Positions 10,966 to 23,662 of a stretch of DNA of 64,000 bases are shown here, piece after piece. Within the stretch, counting starts at the first letter, position 1, and each line of letters begins with the position of its first letter. The stretch lies in NCBI GenBank assembly GCA_043228905.1, contig JBHGNT010000001.1, forward strand, positions 17,050,001 through 17,114,000, read 5' to 3'. The translations under genes were made by a program, and so were the position numbers. Source of the DNA: Azolla caroliniana (taxonomy: Eukaryota > Plantae > Polypodiophyta). The notes below the pieces were generated by a model. It was given only the letters and a program-made list of their open reading frames with translations, had not been told where the DNA came from and searched no databases.

Positions 10966-13900
10966 TGATTCCATTTTATTGCAAGTCGGTTTTTGGGAAC
11001 CTGGCCACATTCATCCATCTAGACAAAGTGGCCAAAGTGCTCTTAGCACAAATGAAAAATGAGGGATCTCAATGTGCTTATATAGTTAGGGCCTTAAGTT
11101 TCCTATCTATGTGGGATACTTCAAAATTCTATTTTCCCTATCTTCTCAAACTTCATGTCCACCTAACTTGATATATAGTTGTCTATTTTGTATGTAGTAA
11201 AATGCGTTTTGAAGCTCTTGAGTACATCCATATTTCTATAACAAGCTACTAATCTAATCTAAAATAATTATTTCATTATTTTTTTACATAGTTTTCATAT
11301 TGTGTGAAAAACCACACGACACTGGTATCTGATGCGGTGTCAGCCTTTGTCTGCTCAAACGGGTTCCTTGGCATGGGTCCATAGTATGGTTTGAGTCGAA
11401 ACCCATTGACCCATTTACCCATAACTTCGTCGGCGAGTGTCCCTAGCTTGTAAGAACCGTTGAACTCTTGTGTAATCCAATATGGTCCGGTCCACCGAAA
11501 CCGTAGCTTCCCCGACATCTTATCCATCCAGGTCTGGAATACAAGTACTGGCCTACCGATCCCAAACCTTTTTCCGTTACCTTTCCGGTGTCGATCGACG
11601 AACGTTGTCCTTCTCCATTGCTCCAGTTCCATGTGCATCAGGCTGGCTATCCGGTGTTCCTCCAGTTCGCATAGTGTTGCTAGCCGAATTGTTTCCGACT
11701 CCTTCTCGTTCAGGCGTTCCCTAACCTGTAACCGCAAACTAGGAACCTGGAATTCGATCGGCATTACTAGTTCCAATCTAAATGCCAATCGGAAAGGCGT
11801 TGTCCGGATACTTGTCTTATATGTTGTCCGGTAGGCCCAAAGTGCACTATGCAGCTTTGTATCCCAATCCGACTGGTTCTCATTGACGATTTTCTGGAGG
11901 ATGTTTTGTAGTGTCTTATTTGTGGATTCGGCTAATCCGTTGTCTTGTAGACATCCATACCGGCACTAGATATATTCATATAAAAAAAATTTCGTGGATG
12001 CCCCGGTGTTGTCTCGTAATGCTTTAGCCTCCACCCACTTGGTGTAGTAGTTCATAGCGACAATCACGTATCTGTTGTCGGTTCTCATTGCTGGTGGTTT
12101 AAATGGCCCGACGAAGTCCAACCCCGATTTCTAAAATGGTTCCAATGGCAGCACCGACTGGGGAGGCATTCTTGCCTGTTCCATTGCTTGGCCCATCCAC
12201 TGACACAAATCGCATTCTTTAGCATACCGAATGGCGTCTTTTAATGTTGTTGGCCACCATAGGCCACTCTACCATATTTTCCTTGCCATAGCATCCCCAG
12301 CATAATGCCCTCCGGCAACGCCGCAGTGTGCTTCACGCATTATTTGGTCTTTTTCGTCGCTACGCACCGCGCGCTGCCATATGCCATCCACGCCTTTATG
12401 GTATAGTGTGTCCTGTAGTAGGCAGAAGTGCCGGCTTTGTATTGCTAATCTTTTCCGCTCGTCTTTGTTCATCTCCTCTGGAGGTAATCCAGTGCTCAGG
12501 AATTGGTGTATGTTAGTGAGCCACTTGTCCTCCTCGGCGATCGTACCATCTGTTGTTGTTTCGGTTGTGACCCTAAACAAGTCTGCATCCGGAAATTCGT
12601 CTGCGATTCCGTCACCGGTTTCTCCGGAGTCTAACCGGCTCAAATAATCCGCAACCGCATGTTGTATGCCTGGCCGGTGAAATATCTCGAACTCAAATTC
12701 TTGTAATAATAGCGTCCACCGGGTCATCTTACCCGTGAGTCATGCTTTTGCGACCAAGTAAAGTAGCGCCGAATGATCTACATGAAAGGAAAATTTCCTC
12801 CCCGATAGATAGTGTCGGAACTTGGTGACGCTATAGATCATGCCCAAGGCTTCTCTTTCCGTCGTAGAGTAATTACGTTCTGCCTGGGACAGCTTCCGGT
12901 TGGCATGGGCCAGTACCACTTGGGTTCGGTAAGCTGCATTAATGCACTCCCTATTGCTATGTCGGACGCGTCTACGAATACATGGAATTCTTTAGACCAA
13001 TTCGGAGGTTGCACCACCGGTGCTTGTGATAGTAGTACTTTTAATGCCCGGTAAGCCTTCTCTTCTGTGTCCGTCCATTGAAACAGTGTCCGGTGCACCG
13101 CGGCATGCAATGGTGTGGCCAGGTCTGCTAGATACTGGAGCATCCGGTTATGCCACCGGATTTGTCCTAGGAACCGACTCAATGCTTTCGCCATGGGGTC
13201 GAAGCACGCTACGCAGCTAGTCCCATACAAATGGTATGTACGTCCGGTACCACAAATTGCGTAGCATCATAAACAGACATTCCGGCTGTGTACCAGAAAA
13301 GTACTGTTTTTGGCCACAAAAATTGTCAATACTTTCAATACTGTTAGTACTGAATAATTCAGAAAAAAAATTAGAGAAAAAGAAAATCGATTTTGGAGAG
13401 TGGGGTGACTGTAGTACAAGTGTCATTTACTGTAGAAGGAGTGGGGGGAACACGTGAGGAGATGTTCTTCCATTTTGGGGGCTATTTTCCCCTCACGTCG
13501 ATTTTGGCGCTTCCCCTCATACTGCTCTTCCTCTATCCCTCTAAGCTTTTCATCACAGACATCCATGTCACGTTTCTGATTTTCCTTCAATCTAAATCTC
13601 AGACATCCATGTCTGGTTGGAGAGTTTGAGTTGAGGATTTCTGATTTTTTTAGGGTTTCTGTTTTTGTTAGGGTTTAGGTTGAGGTACAGAGATTGTTCT
13701 GAGGGTTTAGGTAGCAGCCAATAGTGACTTCTTCGACAACAACTTTCTTACTTCCACCGATTGCAGTTGATGTCGTGGTGGTTTGGGGCTTTTTCCACCA
13801 AATCGAGGCGGCATTGGAGGTTCCTTCCACCAAATCGAGGCTCCTTCCACCAAATCAAGGCGGCATATCCAACGCTCCCTCCACCATTGGAGGTTCCTTC

Positions 13901-14172
13901 CATCCATTTTTTTATTTTCAATACTAAAATGTTTCATTTCTTCAAATTTCAGTACTAAATTTTTAGAATTGACATTTGTCATATTTGATATGTAATTCTA
14001 ATGTTTGAAACAAAATATTTCTCACTTTGCAGGCCACATTTAAAAACATTTGATTGTGTTTTCTTGGTTGAGTCTATATAACATTAACTACTTTCGCAAG
14101 ACACTTAATTTTTGTGGATAAATCTAGTGACCGAATGGGGGTTCCTAACAAGAGTGAGTTGTCAAGTAACTT

Positions 14173-15085
14173 ATGCAATCTGAAAGGACTAAGAGACGAG
14201 TGGTTCTTCACATAGTCCGTTATTTGGTAGAAATAACGAAGAGATTTAGTGAAGAGGATCGTAGGGATATTATCTGTAGAGTGTTACACCATCAAAGTTT
14301 GAATGAAGACATGGAGAGAATAAAATTTAGGGACCAATGTGTTTCAGAAGAGATTGTGGAGTCTATGAAGTCATCCCTAGACTTAGTGAAAGGTGTAGAG
14401 AGCTTAGACAAACTTGCTGCAAAGAGGGCAGCCCTACACATGGTTGTGAACGGTGCGAGAGAAAAAAAATATAGTGATACTAAAGTTGCCTTAGCCCTGG
14501 GTATTCAAAGAAGGAACTTGAGGAAACATCGCCGAAATATACACTCAAGCAAATTCAAGTGGTTGGGGTCGGGACGTAGACGACGATGTGATGCCTTATC
14601 TCAAGAGATTATTGAGAAAGTGGATTCATTTTGGGCCAAAAATACGCGTGTCTCACCAAATAAGAAGGACGTGTGTAGACGACAAATAAGTCAGGGTAAG
14701 TACCAGATTCACCCTAGACACTTCTTGGAGATGACAGAGGTATTCCATTTTTTTATATCAATTCACATTCCATAACTTTGTGTTTTGACAAGTGTATATT
14801 AATGTTTGCTATATATATTGGTTGATGTAGGCTGAATTGTACATGAACTTTAAAGACCAACATCCAAGCTTGACTGTTGGATTCCGCAAGTTCCAAGGTT
14901 TGAAACCATTTTATGTTAGAAAATTAAATGAGAGGAATACATGTTGTTGTGTGTACCATGTGAAGATGGACATGTTAAGGCTAGCAGTGAATGCAATGCG
15001 TACTGATTCTAAGGGTATACACGGGGAATTATGTGTCTGCACTTGTGAGATTTGTAGACCAAATGGGTCTCTCATATGTGAACCT
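14173..15085 (+). pseudogene. N-terminal part of a Sola2-type transposase, 2 exons (intron 14740-14830), with the catalytic DDE domain missing
   Basis: Spliced ...HFLEMTE/AELYMNFKDQHPSLTVGFRKFQGLKPFYVRKLNERNTCCCVYH: an F..LKP..V...R.TCxCxxH motif as recalled for Sola2 transposases. The same 91-nt intron is in the copy near 29.9 kb. Confidence 0.65.
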
Positions 15086-15753
15086 AATTGAGTGCCCATA
15101 TTGTTCAGCTCTTTCTTCAACTCCTCTTTCAACACCTCACTTTCTAAATTTTGGATTGTCGATGCAATCCATTCATATGTAGTTTTTATTGAAGAAAATT
15201 TCTTTTCTGTCTGTATCTCAGCTGATTTAACTTCTTCCAAATCAGCAAGTAGTGTTTGTATTCTTGAGCTCATAGAAGCTATGCAACCGGCCATCATCTG
15301 TTCATGCTTTTCAGTCATTGTGGCCCGTACCTTTGCCTCTAGAACTTGGTGGACAGGTGTTATAGCTAGAATATCCACATGAGAGGTTCCAGATGACTTC
15401 AAGCCAGTGTTGGTACTGGAGGACCCTTTGTAATGTTCTGACCGGTGCTGATTAAAATCTTCCCAATTTACGTCAATGCCACCTTGAACTTCACATGCAA
15501 AAGCACGTGCAAAAACGGTACCCACCTCATTGTTAGTGATTTGATTTGTATCATAAACATGTTTGTATCTCGTCTTCAATAAATTCATGTATTCCCTCTT
15601 CAAACCACTTATGTGGAATCCTCGCCTTGTGTCGGGATGTGCTGACCCCCAGGTTTTTAACAACCACTCTCTCAGCTCTGGATAAACGTCAGGTCGTGCT
15701 CGAAGGAAATAATTCCATCCAAGAGGTGTGTCTCGACTAATGGAGTGGTACAT
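15086..15753 (-). pseudogene. Second, convergent gene inside the DNA transposon, 3'-truncated, function unknown
   Basis: About 220 open codons (MYHSISRDTPLGWNYFL...FARAFACEVQGGIDVNW...) followed by a coiled-coil-like tail that collides with the transposase exon at about 15085. Confidence 0.55.
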
Positions 15754-18700
15754 CTTCTTTCTCTATGTTGATGAATTCATCACCCTTTCTCTCATAGCAA
15801 CTCCTTTCTCTGTGTTGATGTATAATCTCACTAGTTTTGTAAATCTTCTTTCTCTGTGTTGATGTATAATCTCACTAGTTTTGTAAATCATCATAGCCAA
15901 CTCCATCGCATCGCATGTACAAGCCATGTCAAACACACAAAAACCCAAAATAGTCAGAAAAACACTCATCCATGTCAAACTTACACAAAATAAAACAGAT
16001 GGACAGGAAACAAGAACAAAACGAAAACATAGCAACTCATCATAGCCAACTCCATTTACGTTGCATGTACAAACATGTCTAAAACACAACCACCTCGATC
16101 AAAATATTGTCATACATTTTTAAAAGAAACACAGAGAAACACAGAGAAAACAAAAACATACCAATTGGGCATGCAACACATAGACTATGAATAATCAAAC
16201 CCTAAAAATGGCCATACACATGCAAATAAAAAATAGACAGACAGGAAACATTCAGAAAAAGAAAACATACCAGTTGGGCATGCAATACAGAGAATACCTC
16301 GAGGTCGTACAACTTGCAGAGGTACCAGACCGTGTTGATTTCGACACCTTGGGAGCACACCAAGCCTTCAAAATCACCTATATGCAAGAGGTTGTTGACG
16401 AGGCTGCTGCAGAGGAGACAAACGAGCATACACAAGGAAGGAAAATCAACAACACATACAACGAGCAGGGGAAACAAAAATCTCTGCGTATACAAAGTTC
16501 AGAGATCGAACCTGGCACAGAGGGGAACACAAGAACAGCTATGCGGGGAAATAGAGAATCGAAGGTGGAGTGAGAGAGAGAAACAGAAAGAAAGAAAGAA
16601 ACAGAGCTTCGAAGGTGGAGTGAGAGAGAGAAAGAGAGAGATAGACCTGTAATAGATATGTCGTCTTTCTTTAACTTTCTGCCATTGTCTGTCTGACAAC
16701 TTCGAGACAGAAGAGAGAGAGAGAGAGTGAGAGAGAGAGACATACCAATTGACACGTTCGACTACCCATACCAGAGAGAGAGAGAGATACTGAGACTGAC
16801 CAACTGTCACAATGGATACCTTCTCCAGGTGTGCTTTCGTACAACTCTACCTAGGAGACTGGGGCAACAATTAATGTATTAAATATGGCCTAGGGACATT
16901 TCGAGTGTGACGTATAATATCTTTGTGCATTCGAGTGTGACGTAATGAATTTGTTTTTTGTTTTTTGAAATTTATTTACAATTTTTAATGTTTATTTTCT
17001 TCTTCGATTTAGTACTAAATTTTTGGCCAAAAGTTGGTACACCGTAGCATGCTTCGACCCCATGGTGGGTGCCGGTGCCTCCAAAATTGCTTTAACCTTG
17101 TCCAGGTCTACTGCAATACCGTCCTTGCTAACGATGTGGCCTAGTAATGCACCGCTTGACACACCGAACACGCATTTCGCCGGGTTAAGGCGTAACCGGT
17201 AAACCCTACATTTCTCAAGACATAGTCGGAGGTATTGGAGGTGTTCCCCTTCCTGGTTGTACACGGCGAAATTGTCTAGGAACACCTGCATGAATGCTAG
17301 AATAAATTCTCCGAAAATCTCCATGATTATCCACTGAAAGGTTGTCGACACCGTTTTAAGTCTGAACATCATGACTAGGGCGACAAATACTCCCCATTCG
17401 GTAACAAAAGCGGTTTTCTCCTGGTCGTCGGGGTGCATCCGGATCTGATTGTAGCCGTTGAACCCGTCCAAGAAACTATAAACTTCGTGACTAGCTATTG
17501 CATCTAGGACTCCATCCGTAAAAGGGAGTGGGAAGGCGTCGGTTACCGTTGCCGCATTCAATTTTCAGTAGTCGACACATACCCGGATTTTTCCGTTCTT
17601 TTTCGGTACGACGACTATCGGGCTCAACCATGTTGCCTTTTTGACCGGTCGGATGAACCCTACCCATAACAATTTGTTGATTTCATCCTTTACTTTGGCT
17701 GCATAGTTAGGGTTCATCCGGTAGCGCCGTTGCGCCACCGGCTTGGTTTCCTTACTTAGATGTATTTGGTGTTGATACAATTGAGGAGCTAGGCCCCGTA
17801 TGTCCTCGTAAGACCACGCGAACACGTCCCAGAACTCCTTTAATAAGGTGATTGTTGTCGTCTTCCTTTCAGGAGTCATTTCTTTGGCGATGTGAACCGG
17901 TCTTGCGTCTTCTGCGGTGCCTAGGTTTACCTCTTCCAACTGAGAGGCTTTTACGCATTGGGATACTGCCAATTCCTTCTCCAAAGCTTCCTGCACGTGT
18001 CGTAACTCTCTGATGGCTTCTTTATCTGGTTCTTCATCGGCATCCTCCGGTTGTATTATATATGGTGCCACTGCTTCGGCGACATCAACTTCAAATAAGG
18101 GTACATTTTTTGGATTCTCCTGTAAGTACTGATCGACCTCTTCATCAGCCAATCCTTCAAGCATGTTGACACATTCTGCATATAGCGGTGTCAGCTCCTT
18201 GCCGGTACTCAAACATGGTTGTGTAGGTACTCGTACTTTCGCTTTGCCGCGCCGGAAAGTGATTATGTTTTTCTTCCAGTTTTGCTTTATGTGCGTTGTT
18301 TTTAACCATGGTTGGCCCAGCAACAGTGGGTATGCCCCTTGTGCATTGAGCTGGAGGACTATTGCCGAAATGCAGAATGCGTGACCTCCGATAGTCACTT
18401 CCAAATCTCGTAACAATCTGGTAGGTCTTACTGAACTTGTGTCCGCCATCCGAAGCCAAAACGGGCACGGCTCCCAGTCCTGGATTCCTAGGGTATTACA
18501 AGTTCAGAGGCTAATCACACTCATGCCGGATCCTCCGTCTATAATCGTTCCGGGTAGCTCTCATCCCTTGACGATGGTTGTGATAGCCGGACTACTCGTG
18601 TCAACTACCGTCGGTCCTTCCTCCAGATTAGAAAAGAATGTCGGAGCCGGTGGCGTGCCGACCGCAGTCATTCCCGTCTTCAGTCCTTCCGTAAACTGAG

Positions 18701-20289
18701 CTACTAACTGCAATAGCCGACCTAATGGTAGCGTGATTTGGCATTCTTGCAACGCCTGCCATATTGGGTTTTCCGCTTGGCTATTGTCAGTTAGCTCCTC
18801 TAGATTCTCCTTTTGTTGTTCCAGTTCTGCTACATTCTGCTCATTTGCCTTCTTTACCCATTCGGTGGCCTGCTTCCAGATGGTTTTATGGGTTTCCCAC
18901 TCCGTTGCTTTTCCTTTTGCCCTCGTGGTCACTTGTTGTATGTCCTCCTGGTTGCTCCGTAGTTCGATTTGCCGGACCGGTGGTGCTTGCCGATTCAGCA
19001 AGTTATACTCGCACTGATCCATTGTGTGGTTTCTGGAATGGCAAAGCAGGCATTGAGAACGCATGGTGCACTCCAGCGCCGAGTGTCTGGCATTCAGGCA
19101 AGTCGTACATTGAATTGCTTGTCGAAAGCGGAGGTCTTCATTAGTTGGTAACGTTCGTTGGAGTGCCCCCATCGTCAACCATGAGTTGGAGTTTTCCATT
19201 TCCCTGACTCCATCTATGACCTGGTCGACGGAACTCGTGCGGAAATCAATGACTATGCACACCGTTCGTAGGGGTTCCCAGAGTGCTACTAGGAATATTG
19301 CCCTAGTCTCTTCCTCCGGTGGTGTCCGATTGAGCTGGTTGTGCATTCTCTAGAATCGGATTACAAATTGTTGAATGTTCTCTGTGGGCTCCTACCTGAT
19401 GGTATAAAATAGGCCGACCATTTCCCGCTGATCCACCTCTTTGTGAAAAAAGTGTAAGAATTTAGTTTTCAAGGTCTCAAACATCGTGATGGTACTGGGA
19501 TCTTGCGTTAGGCGCCATCTGGCGGCGGGCCCTTCCAGGGTCATGCCGAACTCCGCCATCTTGGAGTGTTCTGCTTCGGCCGCGGTTAAGCGTTGCGACA
19601 CATGATTCGCTTCCCAGGTCTCCTGAAATGCATAGACGTGGGCCTCTACGTCCGGATCATCCCGGTACTTGGGATATTGAAACGACATGTCGTCGTCCGG
19701 TGTTGGAACACAAGCTGGTGGTGTCAGAGGTCTCTCCTCCTCCGTCGGAGGTCTCTCCTCTTCCTTTGTCGGAGGTCTTTTCGTCTCTACTTCGGGTGTT
19801 GGGGTTTGCTCAGTCCTTGGCCATTCTGTGGCTTCCAGCTCTGTCAATTCTGGTTCCGGTGTTAGTAAGGTATCTGATTCCTCGTCCGCCGGTCCGTCTG
19901 GGGTGTCCTGACTGCTGTGGTAATAAGAATGAGCGCTATATTTGCCGTCCGAGTCTGATTCAAAGGCCGAAAATGGTTCTGAATCGCCGTCTCCTAGAGT
20001 TAATCCCTGTAGAAGGGATTCCGTTTCCCGAAGACTACTTAAATTGCTTCCTTCGTCGGGGTGGAAATCTTGTTGCAAACGGAGTGACTCCTCGGCCACT
20101 CGCCGGATCACTTTGGAAAATGATTGATCTGAACGAATTTCTTCCACTGTCTGCTGGAAGGCCTCTCACTTCCCAGCCGCTCAGCGAGTCTCCTTGCTCG
20201 ATCCGTAACCGGTCCGCTCGTTGGTCTAGTCATCCATTCCCGCCGTTGTTTGCTACGCTTATGCAGGAATCGTGGTCGCCAAAAAACTG

Positions 20290-20753
20290 TGTTACTCCTT
20301 CGGGCTGGACAATAGCCTAACACAGGGTGTCTGCAGAAGACACTTCACCAAAGGGTGTTACGGTGAAACAGAGTTAGACCAATGATTAATCAGACCTTAA
20401 TCGGTTACTTAAGCAACATATCCTTAATCTTAATACACGTGTAAGATAGAAAGTAATTAGCACAGAACGGTAATCAATACACAGAGATAAGACAATAGAG
20501 CTTTATTAATTATCCGTCGTCATTTACAATGTAACCGAGCCTTTTTATAGATCACCGGCTCTGCATACAAAACGGTGCCAACTGGCACACTAATATGAAC
20601 CGGTCCAGATCCGGATCGGCATACCGATTCCGGTCTGTCCATTCACTTCTCTAAAATCTTACTTAATTACTTAATATCCTAATAACAACTTCCGATTATT
20701 TCTGCCCCTTTCATATTCTGGACTGTCCTCCACTCCTTGCCGGCTGGCTAACA
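20290..20753 (-). repeat. 5' LTR of element C (464 bp)
   Basis: TGTTA...TAACA termini, adjacent PBS, and similarity to 7450-7839. Confidence 0.85.
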
Positions 20754-20788
20754 TATAAATGGGCACTGCTAAATACAATATTTATAAT

Positions 20789-21249
20789 CATAGGTTGACC
20801 CATGTGTGATATTCGTGAAATTCCGCATTCATAATATTCGTAATATTCGAGAATGAAAAAAAAAAGCCTCAATGGTATTATAAAACCATTCGTTTCAAAT
20901 TTATAAAATAAAAATGATTTAATTCACTAAAACATTAATTAAATCACTAAGACAATAATTAAATCACTAAGAAAATTAGGATGTTTACTAAAATTAGGGT
21001 TTCAACTGAAACCCTAAGTTTTTGGTCGAGGACAGGATGCAGAGGGAGGCGAGGGTGTAAGCATGCACTGGGAACAGGGTGAGGATCCTCGCTTGTTGCT
21101 TGCCATTCGCTCGTTCCCCCAATTTGTTTTTCCAAAGAAAACTTTTTTTGAAAAAAAAGAAAGAAAACGAATACATTTAAATGTATTCGTATTCGCATTC
21201 ATATGCATTCGTGGGGCAGGCCCCAGGAATGCAAATATGTCAATCTATG
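20789..21249. mobile_element. Non-autonomous hAT-type element (461 bp)
   Basis: TIRs CATAGGTTGAC / GTCAATCTATG (10/11). Perfect 8-bp TSD TTTATAAT (20781-20788, 21250-21257). Subterminal (T/C)ATTCG repeats. Confidence 0.88.
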
Positions 21250-21679
21250 TTTATAATGTAGAGCTTATATTATTAAAGCATTCTTATATTTATACATTCA
21301 TTTGATGCATAGTTTGGTGCATGGAGACATATTGATGTTGGATTTGAGCATGGTTGAGAAAGATAATTTAATGGGTTAGGTTCAAATTATTCATACAAAA
21401 AAGGTTTAACTTTATAGCGAGCATAAAAGTATTAGTTGACATACGTTCTAGTGGGAATAACAATGATTAGAACCCGTGAAGAAAATTTCTCTTTCAAAAG
21501 GAAGTTTATGGACCACCTTTTCAAAATGAAAATCGGAACATGATTTCTAACTTTAGCCTAAGGGTTATTATGGATTGATGAAGCATAGAAGACATTTTCC
21601 CAAGCTTTACATCAATAAAAGGATAATTGTATATGTCATGCATGGTTATAATTGACAAACTCCCTACAATAGAATGAAT

Positions 21680-22240
21680 TCGATGATAGACACAGTGTTA
21701 ACCCCAATATGAAACTATTGCGTTGATAAATCACATATAAGAAACTTTAGGCATTCTCAAAAAAGTTCACTAGTAGTTTGATATGGTTAACATAAGAAAA
21801 TTCCCAAAATTGAATGTGCAAACATGAAGTAGCAATAAGTATTGTGCTTCACAACATTGTGATTATAAAAATGTTTCGTAATTTTAATTTAAGAATAACT
21901 TTGAAAAACTGCAATTGGGAACGTGTCCTTAGAACAAGAGCGAGGAGATGACAAGATGGGTCGATGATAGACACAGTGTTAACCCCAATATGAAACTATT
22001 GCGTTGATAAATCACATATAAGAAACTTTAGGCATTCTCAAAAAAGTTCACTAGTAGTTTGATATGGTTAAAATTAAAATTCCAAAAATTGAATGTGCAA
22101 ACATGAAGTAGCAATAAGTATTGTGCTTCACAACATTGTGATTATAAAAATGTTTCGTAATTTTAATTTAAGAATAACTTTGAAAAACTGCAATTGGGAA
22201 CGTGTCCTTAGAACAAGAGCGAGGAGATGACAAGATGGGT
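21680..22240. repeat. Tandem duplication of a 281-bp unit upstream of the WSD gene
   Basis: tcgatgatagacacagtg... starts at both 21680 and 21961, and the two units are nearly identical. Confidence 0.92.
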
Positions 22241-23662
22241 TGTAAAAGTATGTAAATGCTTAGGTACGATGCAACATGTACTGAAGTTTGATTGTAAGCA
22301 TTGACAATAATGCATGAATTCAACAAAACACAGTTTTCCATGCATATTAGATTGATCACATTTTCATAAGAAAATTCAACTCCACAAAACACTTGTAGGT
22401 ATTCTAGTCATTGTCATGAAGGAAAAGCATAAGATTTGTGTCATTTAGGATAAGAATAACACTTCATAAATTCTAATGAAATGGGTTCCAAACTATGTTA
22501 GTTGGAAAGGTACCAAAAAAGTGGCTTTATACACTAAATTCACATCAAAACATTTTAACTTGATGTAGAAAGAGGCGTGGGGGTCCTAACTAAAAAGGTT
22601 TCAAAGCATGTGTTTCGCTAAAACATTGGTATCATGTTTGAATGTGGGTATAGTAAGGGTGTACAAATCTAGTCTAAATATGTACGATGTTTACAAGAAG
22701 GCAATCTCACTCTCACTCCTATTCTCAACCTTTTATGTGGGTGATTTTCTTTTCCAGAAAATTCAATAGAGATATATAGACATCCTATCAAGTTTTAGGT
22801 TTGGAATGTCTTCAAAGGAAAATTGACAATTTACAAAGGTGGACGAATTTTGATTCTTATTCATTAAAAAAGTACATTGAATTATTAAAATTGATACGTA
22901 TGAAGGGATACGTATTAAAATTTAGACATAAAATCTCTCCTAAAGGTTCGCAGTATGGTTGAGTAGTTGCTTGCACCCAAGTGTGGAGTGATTTCAATTT
23001 TCGAACAAAAATTGACGGGGTGCAAAAAGGTGGGAGACCAAGAAAATATATATTAATTTCTCATAAGAATTCTCCAAAAGTAGGTAAGCCTCATGGTATT
23101 CAAGGCTAATATATAATTAATATCAAATATGATTGCACACATTAGAAGTTCTTTTTGGAGTTTCGATTCTACGACGTGGACCATTGGAAAAGAAAGAATC
23201 ATGCATTAATGGTCGTCTTCTTATTTTCAAAAGCAAAGAAATGATGGACAAGTGGCAAATTTCCAAATTACGACCGGAAATGATTAGGAACCATGAATAC
23301 AATACAATGAATGAATAGCAGATGATGGCAACAAGATAAGAAGATACACGGGAACATTGACCTATGTATGTATGTATACATATATATATATATATATGTG
23401 TGTGTGTGTTCAGTCTCATGTCATCAATTCCTAACTAAGTTACAAAAGGGAAAGGCAAAGAAAGAAAGAAAGAAAGAAAGAGGATTATTATTATCCATAA
23501 TCTTTCCTTCCCGCATACAATGTAACATATCTATGTATATAGATAGATAGATCTATACATACATACATACATACATACATATTCCTGACCCCTCCTTCAT
23601 TCATTATTATTATTATTATTATTTTGGGGTTTGGTTTGTGAGGCAAGGAGGAGGGTGTCGCC

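Larger units (their letters stand above)
9869..11321. mobile_element. Solo LTR (1453 bp), TGTCG...CGACA lineage
   Basis: Termini TGTCG/CGACA flanked by a perfect 4-bp TSD CTGG (9865-9868, 11322-11325). Non-coding. Inserted at the end of the element C integrase. Confidence 0.88.
13196..17060 (+). mobile_element. TIR DNA transposon, Sola2-like, internally deleted (3865 bp)
   Basis: TIRs GGGTCGAAGCA(C/T)GCTACG (17/18 match). TSD CATG at 13192-13195 and 17061-17064 (a 2-bp AT or 6-bp CCATGG reading is also possible because the site is palindromic). Contains a transposase fragment. Confidence 0.85.
11326..20233 (-). pseudogene. gag-pol of element C, split at 13196-17060
   Basis: ORF pieces at 19392-20147, 18561-19346, 17565-18449, 16992-17561, 12838-13230, 12269-12727 and 11276-11788. 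...ILEAPAPT|MAKALSRFLG rejoins across the DNA transposon. Confidence 0.9.
7840..20753 (-). mobile_element. Ty3/Gypsy (Athila-like) element C, host of element B, a solo LTR and a DNA transposon. Its 3' end is off the left edge
   Basis: 5' LTR 20290-20753 (TGTTA...TAACA). PBS TGGCGACCACGA at 20270-20281 (-). Gag with two CCHC knuckles, PR IIDGGSG, RT VFLDNF, RH FVDASD, IN and WTGPY, followed by an extra ORF. Confidence 0.9.

Noticed and set aside
10605-11171. Overlapping ORFs of 94-188 aa
   Set aside because: Products of the stop-poor CCGG repeat in a solo LTR.
21300-21460. Possible hAT dimerisation-domain remnant (QIIHTKK)
   Set aside because: Too degenerate to support by eye.
23360-23622. 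(TA)n, (TG)n, (GAAA)n, (TACA)n and (TTA)n runs upstream of the WSD ATG
   Set aside because: Ordinary plant promoter/5' UTR microsatellites.
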